Origin: an uncultured virus (IMG/VR IMGVR_UViG_3300027741_000028)
Taxonomy: Duplodnaviria > Heunggongvirae > Uroviricota > Caudoviricetes
DNA length: 64,000 nucleotides
Reading direction: 5' to 3' (one strand)
Virus record (IMG/VR): IMGVR_UViG_3300027741_000028
In this document: in pieces, positions 56,271-64,000 of the stretch
Position numbering within the stretch: position 1 is the first letter of the stretch
Layout of the letters: each line of letters starts with the position of its first letter
Made by a program: the position numbers and the translations under genes
Notes under the pieces: model-generated
The model's database searches: none
The model's input: only the letters and a program-made list of their open reading frames with translations
Told to the model about the DNA's origin: nothing

Positions 56271-56915
56271 TTAAAGTTTTTTGACAAATGATTCCCAAAT
56301 GCGTAGACTTACTTGTTCGATTTCTTTACGTGATGCTTGTTTGATTTCTTGTTTAGCTTCTTCGTACTGATACTCAGTCCATACACCATTGACCATCATC
56401 CATTCTTTGCCTTCCATAATTCCTTGTACAAAAGCACCAGGTGCGGAAGGGTCTGCTACAATATCTGCCGCTGTGGCTAGATGGAAGTCCCCTTGAACAA
56501 CGTTGATTCCGTTTTCCATTTTCAAAGAACCCATACCTCTTGATGACACACCTAGTTGTGCGCCACCTTCAATAAGGTTTTTTGCAATGTTACCCATCGG
56601 CGTTTCAAGAATTTTTGCTTTGCCTATCCAAGCATTTCCCTCTTGACGTAAACCTACAATTAAATGTGATACACGGTCAAGGTTAATAGATGGGGTGTCT
56701 GGGTGTCCCAGTTCACCAAAGGCACGGTTTTTATTAATGTATTCTTCACTGTAACGTTTAACTTCATTACGCATTGTTTCTTCTTTGTACATGCGTTTGT
56801 TTTTGTTAACGGCTTCAGCAACTAAAAAAGGACCCTCAATAAAAAGGGTCTTTTTGCCATCTTTTTCTTCAGTTAAATAACTAACTGATTCGGTAATTTC
56901 TTTAATGAGTTTCAT
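56271..56915 (-). CDS. gp21: Prohead protease
   Basis: GELGHP, INLDRVSH, LGVSSRG.GSL, DIVADPSAP.AFV. Confidence 0.97.
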   Translation of the reverse strand: MKLIKEITESVSYLTEEKDGKKTLFIEGPFLVAEAVNKNKRMYKEETMRNEVKRYSEEYINKNRAFGELGHPDTPSINLDRVSHLIVGLRQEGNAWIGKAKILETPMGNIAKNLIEGGAQLGVSSRGMGSLKMENGINVVQGDFHLATAADIVADPSAPGAFVQGIMEGKEWMMVNGVWTEYQYEEAKQEIKQASRKEIEQVSLRIWESFVKKL

Positions 56916-56924
56916 TATGTTACC

Positions 56925-57452
56925 TTATGGTTTCATGGCGTATGCGCCATAGTTAAATGCAGCAGGATCATTAAACTGGCCACGTTGATAGTGTGCATTA
57001 TCTTTACGTAATTCCATAATAATTGTATATGAGTCATTTGCAACCATACCACGGGTTGTAATACCAATGTCGCCATTACTTCTGGAAGTACCTGCGGTAT
57101 TATTTGAAATTGTAATCCAGTTACCTGCACCGTCATATTCACCGTTTGAATTTAATGAAAAAATAGTTCTAGGTGTTGTTGCATTCCAGTATAATTCAAC
57201 ATCGCCGTTGGCTGAACAATCATACCACACACGATATACACCAAGACCATAGTAATTCAATGCAGTGTTTGATGCGCCGCCTTGACTGTTTGCAACCAAA
57301 TAACCATTTGTTGCTAAAGCACCATACAATGTATTTGCTTGAATACGAACTGTATTAGATTCTTGGCCAGTACCATCAAATTTTGCAGTTAATTTAATAA
57401 CAGCATGTTCTGTGGTATCTTTTAATATTTGTGAATCATATGAATTTGCCAT
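56925..57452 (-). CDS. Probable virion structural protein
   Basis: Within head operon; A/N/G-rich, YTIIMELRK motif. Confidence 0.55.
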   Translation of the reverse strand: MANSYDSQILKDTTEHAVIKLTAKFDGTGQESNTVRIQANTLYGALATNGYLVANSQGGASNTALNYYGLGVYRVWYDCSANGDVELYWNATTPRTIFSLNSNGEYDGAGNWITISNNTAGTSRSNGDIGITTRGMVANDSYTIIMELRKDNAHYQRGQFNDPAAFNYGAYAMKP

Positions 57453-57465
57453 TTTTTATCCTTGA

Positions 57466-57660
57466 TTATTGAGTTTCAGTTTCATCTTCAACTTCATCCT
57501 CAACTTCTTGCTGTGGTGAAATAAGACTCATTGCAACTTCTTGTTTCTTTGCTTCAATATGAGCCATCACTTTATCTTGTAAAGAAGCATACATAGCATC
57601 TCGCATTGCCGTAGCATTGTCTTGTGCTGCATAATCTATAATTGCTCTTGCTTTATCCAT
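57466..57660 (-). CDS. gp67: Prohead core protein (gp67-like)
   Basis: Small acidic helical ORF directly after portal. Confidence 0.7.
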   Translation of the reverse strand: MDKARAIIDYAAQDNATAMRDAMYASLQDKVMAHIEAKKQEVAMSLISPQQEVEDEVEDETETQ

Positions 57661-57682
57661 AATTTTTCTCCTAATAAACTAT

Positions 57683-59383
57683 TTATAATATACGTTTCAA
57701 TTTGGCAAACACTTCTTCTTTTTTAGGTGCCGCTTTGGCTGCCCTCATATCAAGTTCATGTTGATGTTCAGCGTTTGCTTGATCCATATCCATTTGATTC
57801 TGTTGTTGCTGTGCTTGTGCATCTGTCTGTATTGATGCTCCCATTTGTTGAGAAGCAATATCGTTAGTGACACCAACTGGCAATCCTAATCCTTGTTCTT
57901 TTTCTTTATCAATCTGTGCGTTCATTTCAGCAATCTCATCATCTGTCAAACGCAACACATTCTGTTGAATCCATTCTTGTGAGAAATAACGACCAGTATA
58001 TGGATCAATTGATGCCAATAATGTCAAACGATTTGTCATCAGTTCAGCTTCTTTTAATTCAGAGAAGTTGTTATCTTGGATAAAGTTATAATGAATGTTT
58101 TCTTTGAAAGAATCAAATTCTTCTGCGGTACAGATACCTTTAAGTACACACTGTACACGTAATGCTTGATTAAAAATGTCAGAGAACTTGTTACGCAATC
58201 TGTCTACAAACTTAGAGAATTTCAATTCGTCACGGGTAATTTCTGTAGTTCTACCCAATGAGAATGCCTGATTAGGTTCTAAACGTGAGACTGGTACACT
58301 TAATGCACCATATAATTTCTTTTGGAAGTATTTAACATCTTCCAATTCACCAAGGTTTTGACCACCTGGTAGTGTAGTAATCTCTGTACCTTTGCCACCT
58401 TCTCTACGTGGCAACCAGAAGTCTTCCATCATGGACAAGAATTTACGGTCGTCACGGACTTCACCAGTGTTTGCATCATAGACAAGTTTGTTTTTATACT
58501 TGACCATAATGTCACGCAGATATTGTTCTGCTTTTAATTTTGGTAAGTTACCAACGTCAATATAGAAAATACGGCGTTCTGGGGCACGTGAGATACGATA
58601 GATAACTGTTGCATCTTCAATCATACGTAACTGATTCAGAGGCTTAATTGCCTTGTGCAAGTATGATAATACCACTGCACGCCGAGCATCCATCAAACCA
58701 GACACGATTGATACAATAGAGTCTGTAGTGATACGAACACCAACTGGACCATAATTGGAAGAAGAACCTGATACTACCTTGTCATTATAGATGTAGTATT
58801 CATTGATGGTGTTTAGAATCTCAACACCTGTGCGTTCATCTTTTTGTTTTTTTATTTCACGTACCTTACGTAGTTTACGTGGGTCAATGTAACGTAGTTC
58901 TTTGATGCCTTCAATCGGCTTTTCTTTATCAATGATGATGTGGTAATACAATCTACCATCAATGTAATATCTGCGAAAGACATCCTGTGCCATATTTTTG
59001 TAATTAAACAAACGAAGAACAGTATTAAATTCTTCTTTAATGGCTTTCTTAATTTTATCTGGTTGTTTTAAATCATCTAAAACTATGTCGGTAATTCTAC
59101 CATCATCGTCTTGTATAATGGCTTCATTAACAATATCATCTATGGCAGATTCTATTTCAGGTTGCATGGCCATTTCACGGTAACGAGAAATAAGTTCTAT
59201 CTCATTTTTAGCAGTACCGTCAAGATCAACATACGTACCATAATATGCCGCAGATTGTATTGTTAATGCGCCATCATCAGAATTAGGAGGCGTAAAAGAT
59301 TGCTGAACGGATTTCTCCTGTTCAGTCTGGTCACGGGATATAGTGAAGCCAAAAAGTGAAAACTTATTGTTTATATTTGCCAT
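57683..59383 (-). CDS. gp20: Portal protein
   Basis: YIDPRK, SYLHKAIKP.NQLRMIEDA.VIYRISRAPERRIFYIDVG, EDFWLPRREGG. Confidence 0.98.
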   Translation of the reverse strand: MANINNKFSLFGFTISRDQTEQEKSVQQSFTPPNSDDGALTIQSAAYYGTYVDLDGTAKNEIELISRYREMAMQPEIESAIDDIVNEAIIQDDDGRITDIVLDDLKQPDKIKKAIKEEFNTVLRLFNYKNMAQDVFRRYYIDGRLYYHIIIDKEKPIEGIKELRYIDPRKLRKVREIKKQKDERTGVEILNTINEYYIYNDKVVSGSSSNYGPVGVRITTDSIVSIVSGLMDARRAVVLSYLHKAIKPLNQLRMIEDATVIYRISRAPERRIFYIDVGNLPKLKAEQYLRDIMVKYKNKLVYDANTGEVRDDRKFLSMMEDFWLPRREGGKGTEITTLPGGQNLGELEDVKYFQKKLYGALSVPVSRLEPNQAFSLGRTTEITRDELKFSKFVDRLRNKFSDIFNQALRVQCVLKGICTAEEFDSFKENIHYNFIQDNNFSELKEAELMTNRLTLLASIDPYTGRYFSQEWIQQNVLRLTDDEIAEMNAQIDKEKEQGLGLPVGVTNDIASQQMGASIQTDAQAQQQQNQMDMDQANAEHQHELDMRAAKAAPKKEEVFAKLKRIL

Positions 59384-59452
59384 ATTTTTCTCTTAATAAT
59401 AAAATCAAAGTAACATAAAGGAGGGCACTAGGCCCTCCACATAAAAAATCAA

Positions 59453-60022
59453 TTAACCGATGGGTCTATCTCCGCCAGCCAATGAATCAACATTTTCCCA
59501 CCATTGATAAGCAAATGTTACGCTAAATTCTTCAATAGCATCATTTGTACCCCAATCCAATTCAATTGGAGAGATATCTATTGGAAACATACCATAAAAT
59601 TTATAAGATTTTATTTTGTCGCCAGCTTTTCCATATTGATGAACATCAGCATCCACAGAATAACCACCAGCCAAAGGTCCATTTTTAAAAGTAGGACTTC
59701 TTAGGTTTTCTTCGTGACTATTAATTCCAGCCATCCAACGTTCCATCAAATTTCGTATAAGAAAATCTTCATCATTAATAATAGTAATTGTCCAATCTGG
59801 AAATGTTCTATTACCTGGAAATTTTAATTCACGACCAAAATAACTTAATTGCGCCATACCTATTGTTGATCCTGGCAATTGAGCTGCTTTGGCCATATAC
59901 GTTATTTTCTGTATATCTGAACTACCAGCTGAAGGTGTTTTTAAACTGACTTCAAATAGGTTTGCACGAGCGCCGTCTCCAACCATCTGTGACCTAAATG
60001 AACCTACATTAAATCCTGCCAT
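59453..60022 (-). CDS. gp19: Tail tube protein
   Basis: GARANLF, KAAQLPGS, GNRTF.DWTIT..NDEDF, IEEF.VTF.YQWW. Confidence 0.96.
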   Translation of the reverse strand: MAGFNVGSFRSQMVGDGARANLFEVSLKTPSAGSSDIQKITYMAKAAQLPGSTIGMAQLSYFGRELKFPGNRTFPDWTITIINDEDFLIRNLMERWMAGINSHEENLRSPTFKNGPLAGGYSVDADVHQYGKAGDKIKSYKFYGMFPIDISPIELDWGTNDAIEEFSVTFAYQWWENVDSLAGGDRPIG

Positions 60023-60049
60023 TTTTTTCTCCTTGTTTTATTTTATTTA

Positions 60050-61798
60050 TTAGGCTGCACCAACAATTGTTGTAAAGTCAACACCAGTAGCTACAGCAAC
60101 AAAACTCAATTGAATATAATTAATTGAGCGAGAAGGCTTAATGTAAATATCACCAACAAACCTGTTAGAATCAATAACCTGTGGAGTGTTATTTGTTGTA
60201 TCACAAACTACTCTAAAGTCTGTAATACCACGGCGACCTTGTACATCACGTAAGAATGGAGTAATTAAATTTACAAATTGTGACCTTGTTGCTTCATCGT
60301 TAATTTCAAACAATGAAAACTTAGCAGCATTTGCAATTGCTCTTTCAATTGTAATAAACAATCTACGTACATTTATACGGTCAAATGCCGATGGTTTGCT
60401 TTGTAAGGTTTTATCGCCATATAGAGTAACACCTTGACCTGGGAAGGCAACAACTGGATTTACACCAGCTGAATACAATGTATCTCTATCTGCTTTGCCT
60501 GGATTCCATGCCAATTTGATTGCGTTCTTTACTTGACCACGGCTTAAACCTGCTGGAGAGAACCATGGATCTCTTGCAGCATCTGTAGCTACACACAATC
60601 CAGCCATATCACCGTTCAATGGAATCCAACGATAAATGTTATTGTATTTGTCATATTGGTATTTCCAACCAGAATCAGCAAAAACATAAGATGATTGTGA
60701 TAGTGTACCAGCCCAAGCACTAATCAATGATCCTTCTTGACCTGATTTATTAATAACAGCTGAAGATGGAGGTGATACAAATACCACACAATCTCTACGA
60801 GAGTCTGTTAATGGATCAGGGTTGCCAAGTGCGGCAATAACATAATTTTGTAATGTTGCACCTGCATCACCTGTTAATACTAATGAAATATCAACGTAGT
60901 CTTTATTTTTGAATAGGTCATATGCTGATTGTAAGTTACCAACAGTTGGTGCATCATCAGTACCTTTTGACAAAGACAATGACATATTACCACCAGCAAA
61001 TGTGCTTGTGTTAATTCTTGCAAAAGTTGTACTTGGTGCAGTTTGACCCCATGTAGCTGAAGTGTTTACATAATCAAATGGATCACTTATATAAATCCAT
61101 TTTGATTGTTCAAACACTACTTGTTTGTAATAGTTTGTTGCGCCATTTAATGTGGCATCGTATGCTTTAGAAACATATCCAAATGTTTCAAGTACTGTAT
61201 TTGCAACACCTGTAATTTTACCTGTTGCATCAAGTACAACAATGTGAATTTCATCGTTTGCGCCATTTTGAGCAGCAACATATGTTGATGTGGTTGGTGC
61301 AGTTGCAAAATAATTTTTGTATGTCCATGCACTATACAATGTGGTATTAGCAGAGTCAAATATTTCTACTCTTATGTTGTTACCCAAAGAACCTGGGAAT
61401 CTTGCAATAACTGGACCATATGTATTAGCATTGTTCTGTAACAACAAAGATGCTTCATATGTAGAAGAATTCAACACTTGAACGTTAGCTGAACCTGTTG
61501 TTGTATTTGAAGTTGAGTTGTTTGAATTTGCACCAACAGCACGTACTACTTTTAAATTATTTCCATAAGATAAAAAGTTTGCTGCTGTATAAAATGATAT
61601 TGTTGAATTAGCTGTATCTGGACCTACTGGTGCAAATGTTTTAACTAAATCAAGTTCATTACTTAATTGCATTATTAGATTGCCTGGACCCCATGGAAAT
61701 TGTCCAGCGAAAGCACCGGCTGTAGTTTGAACTGATGGTACGACTGTGGTTAAGTCAACTTCAGATATACTTACGCCTGGAGAGATTTGAAACGGCAT
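60050..61798 (-). CDS. gp18: Tail sheath protein
   Basis: SPGV...EVDLT, PWFSPAG..RG, AFDRINVRRLF, IYIKPSRSINYI. Confidence 0.97.
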   Translation of the reverse strand: MPFQISPGVSISEVDLTTVVPSVQTTAGAFAGQFPWGPGNLIMQLSNELDLVKTFAPVGPDTANSTISFYTAANFLSYGNNLKVVRAVGANSNNSTSNTTTGSANVQVLNSSTYEASLLLQNNANTYGPVIARFPGSLGNNIRVEIFDSANTTLYSAWTYKNYFATAPTTSTYVAAQNGANDEIHIVVLDATGKITGVANTVLETFGYVSKAYDATLNGATNYYKQVVFEQSKWIYISDPFDYVNTSATWGQTAPSTTFARINTSTFAGGNMSLSLSKGTDDAPTVGNLQSAYDLFKNKDYVDISLVLTGDAGATLQNYVIAALGNPDPLTDSRRDCVVFVSPPSSAVINKSGQEGSLISAWAGTLSQSSYVFADSGWKYQYDKYNNIYRWIPLNGDMAGLCVATDAARDPWFSPAGLSRGQVKNAIKLAWNPGKADRDTLYSAGVNPVVAFPGQGVTLYGDKTLQSKPSAFDRINVRRLFITIERAIANAAKFSLFEINDEATRSQFVNLITPFLRDVQGRRGITDFRVVCDTTNNTPQVIDSNRFVGDIYIKPSRSINYIQLSFVAVATGVDFTTIVGAA

Positions 61799-61870
61799 TT
61801 TATTCTCCTTGAATTATTATGTGTTCTAGTGGTAAAAAGATACCATAGTGATATTTATAAAACAATAGGT

Positions 61871-63568
61871 TTATAACCTATTCTTTAAGTCTCTTATGAA
61901 TTTTGAATATGTTTCGGAACCATCTGCGACCTCCCACATATCTCCACCCATCATTTCAAATTCATGATCCAGTCCATCTTCTATGATAGGTGCCGGAAGA
62001 ACATCATCATCCATTTGATTCATATTTTCCAATTGGATTTGTTTTCTTATATCGTGATTGACAATTTCTTTGAAATATTGTTGAGTTGTTACCCAAGAAA
62101 ATATAACCAAAGACATTACCATATCGTCATTGGCTCCTTGTTCAGCAGAGAATGAATTTTTTTGCTGAATAAAAGTTGTCAATTCGGAATATGTATCAAA
62201 ATCGTTAATTAGAAGTTTATCACCTTCAATCAAAGTTTTAAGATTCGAACAACCAATCGCTTTGACTTGAGGTGACATCTTCAGTCCCATTTGAATGCCA
62301 CGGGCAAAACCAGCCGATAATTGTTGAGGTTTTTTATTGCCTGTAAAAATCTTCCATAAGTTTTCATACTCAAAGTCGGTGTGCAATGACTCTGCAACTT
62401 GAGGATTGTTATTAATTTCTACCAAAATGTATGCATCATTGTAATATCTGGCAGTATTATAGATGACGGTTGGGAAAAGAATAGGTGTGATTGATGAACT
62501 CTTATATGTTGCTACTTGTTTATATGGTGTCTGTGAGATATCAATAACAGAGAATGCTGAACAGTCCAGATTTTTACCCTCCGAAACGTCTACACAGATA
62601 GTATATAAATGGTCAGATTTGGCCTCATTGACACCTTCTTTGACCGGATGTTCATAGATTTTTAATAAATCGTGTTGGTCTACAGGATCTTTATATACCA
62701 AACTCTGTAATTTGTAACCAGAAATAAGAGTATTAGATGAACCCAAAAACTCAGTTTCAAACTCCTGTGAGAACTGTCGTTGAGAAGTGTTACGAATTGT
62801 TTCTTCTTTCCATTTTTCATCACGACCTGGTACGTGTGACCAATGGATTTCAAAGTTGACATAGTTATTTTTCTTGTTGATTGAATCCATCCATAACTTG
62901 TAGAATAGATTCATACCATTAGGAGTGGAAACAATAATAATCTTTGTCTTTTTACCTGATGAAATTACAGGGTAAACGGAGTTAAAGAATTCTTCAGCAA
63001 TGTTTGTAGGAACGAAAGCGAATTCATCTAAGAATACAATGTTAAAAGAACCACCACGAATGGCGGAACTAGATGTGGACGCTGCGATAATCTTAGACCC
63101 GTTCTCTAGTTCTACATTACCTTTGTTCCAGGTAACCACACCTTGTTGAAGCCACATTGGTAGGTTTTCATATGCCAACTGATACTTGGAAAGAATATCA
63201 CGAGCAAGTGAACCTTTGTTGGCCAGAACGGCACAATTTTGTTGGTCTGTAAAGATGGTTGCCCATAACATATAGGCAACTGTTGTGGTAGTTTTACCGA
63301 CCTGACGAGGACACTTTGTGATAACAAAACGATTGTTCGCAAAGAGCTTTAACATCTGCTCTTGAAACTTCCACATCTTAAAGTTGATTAGACCTTCATC
63401 AACGTTAACAATCTTTATATAATTTTTGGCAAAATAGATTGGGTCTTTGGCACACTTGATGTATTCTTCAACCTGTTCCTGTGTATATTCTACCTTGACA
63501 CCGGCCTTTTTAAGTAACGGGTTGTCACGATAAGCTTCACCGTATTTTAAATCAACATCTTCAATCAT
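61871..63568 (-). CDS. gp17: Terminase large subunit
   Basis: PRQVGKTT, FLDEFAFV, STPNG.N.F, DDMVM. Confidence 0.97.
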   Translation of the reverse strand: MIEDVDLKYGEAYRDNPLLKKAGVKVEYTQEQVEEYIKCAKDPIYFAKNYIKIVNVDEGLINFKMWKFQEQMLKLFANNRFVITKCPRQVGKTTTTVAYMLWATIFTDQQNCAVLANKGSLARDILSKYQLAYENLPMWLQQGVVTWNKGNVELENGSKIIAASTSSSAIRGGSFNIVFLDEFAFVPTNIAEEFFNSVYPVISSGKKTKIIIVSTPNGMNLFYKLWMDSINKKNNYVNFEIHWSHVPGRDEKWKEETIRNTSQRQFSQEFETEFLGSSNTLISGYKLQSLVYKDPVDQHDLLKIYEHPVKEGVNEAKSDHLYTICVDVSEGKNLDCSAFSVIDISQTPYKQVATYKSSSITPILFPTVIYNTARYYNDAYILVEINNNPQVAESLHTDFEYENLWKIFTGNKKPQQLSAGFARGIQMGLKMSPQVKAIGCSNLKTLIEGDKLLINDFDTYSELTTFIQQKNSFSAEQGANDDMVMSLVIFSWVTTQQYFKEIVNHDIRKQIQLENMNQMDDDVLPAPIIEDGLDHEFEMMGGDMWEVADGSETYSKFIRDLKNRL

Positions 63569-63977
63569 TCTTATTGTTCAGAAATTTATTTAATTCTGCC
63601 GTTGATCCTACAAAGATGGCCTTGTCGATCTTGGTATCGCCTTCTTTTTTCTTACCATCCATATCACGCATGGTCTTTTGAATGTTTAGAAGTTCTTTAT
63701 TGGCATCTACCATGTTTTTAAGTAAAGTACCATACACTTCAAAGGCTCTGGGGTGTTGACCTGCTTTGGCAATGTTTAATATTTCTTCCATGGCTTCTTT
63801 ACCCTGGTCAATAATTTCTTGCAGGTTTTCTTTTGACTGTTGGTAGGCATCAGTCAGGTCTTGCTTTACGTCTGGTTCATTATACTTTACTGTAACGATT
63901 TCAGAAGTCTTTTTCTTTTCTTCCTCAACTGGTGTTACATCAAATATCTGTTCCATATTTTTGTCAAATGTATTCAT
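63561..63977 (-). CDS. gp16: Terminase small subunit
   Basis: HPRAFEV, FVGSTAEL motifs; upstream of gp17. Confidence 0.93.
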   Translation of the reverse strand: MNTFDKNMEQIFDVTPVEEEKKKTSEIVTVKYNEPDVKQDLTDAYQQSKENLQEIIDQGKEAMEEILNIAKAGQHPRAFEVYGTLLKNMVDANKELLNIQKTMRDMDGKKKEGDTKIDKAIFVGSTAELNKFLNNKND

Positions 63978-64000
63978 AGTGATTTATTTATTAAAACAGG

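Noticed and set aside
23073..63568. Introns or inteins in gp41, gp43, gp46 and gp17
   Set aside because: The ORFs are continuous, of ordinary length, and show no intein or homing-endonuclease insertions.
1..64000. Stop-codon reassignment
   Set aside because: Core genes are full length under the standard code and no CUA, UUA or UCA anticodon tRNA was found.

Overview
This is a 64-kb segment of a large T4-like (Tevenvirinae-type architecture) myovirus of a Gram-negative host, judged from the spanins and sigma70-type plus T4-late promoters. Almost everything is on the minus strand. In transcription order (right to left): gp16-17-18-19-20-67-21-22-23-3 head/tail genes; uvsY-uvsW-gp55-gp47-gp46; peptide deformylase; a DUF4338/DruA-like gene; gp45-44-62-regA; hsp20; dCMP deaminase; a ~7-kb tRNA region; groES; gp43-uvsX-gp41; a second DUF4338-like gene; a glycosyltransferase/sugar-methyltransferase cluster; a block of probable internal head proteins with T4-like capsid-targeting N-termini; a lysis cassette; primase; thyX; and the 5' part of nrdA, which the ORF track misses. 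The tRNA region is the most unusual part. It holds 27 canonical tRNAs covering all 20 amino acids, organised like an rRNA operon (consensus sigma70 promoters, boxA, a shared upstream palindrome). In front of it is what looks like a leaderless leader-peptide attenuator: 35 codons that use 19 amino acids and 30 distinct codons and overlap an antiterminator, a candidate general sensor of tRNA-pool or translation failure. The array also contains several unannotated structured RNAs, a T-loop-less Gly-tRNA-like RNA, and a basic peptide whose stop codon lies inside a tRNA. All calls are by eye from motifs; no database searches or folding programs were run.
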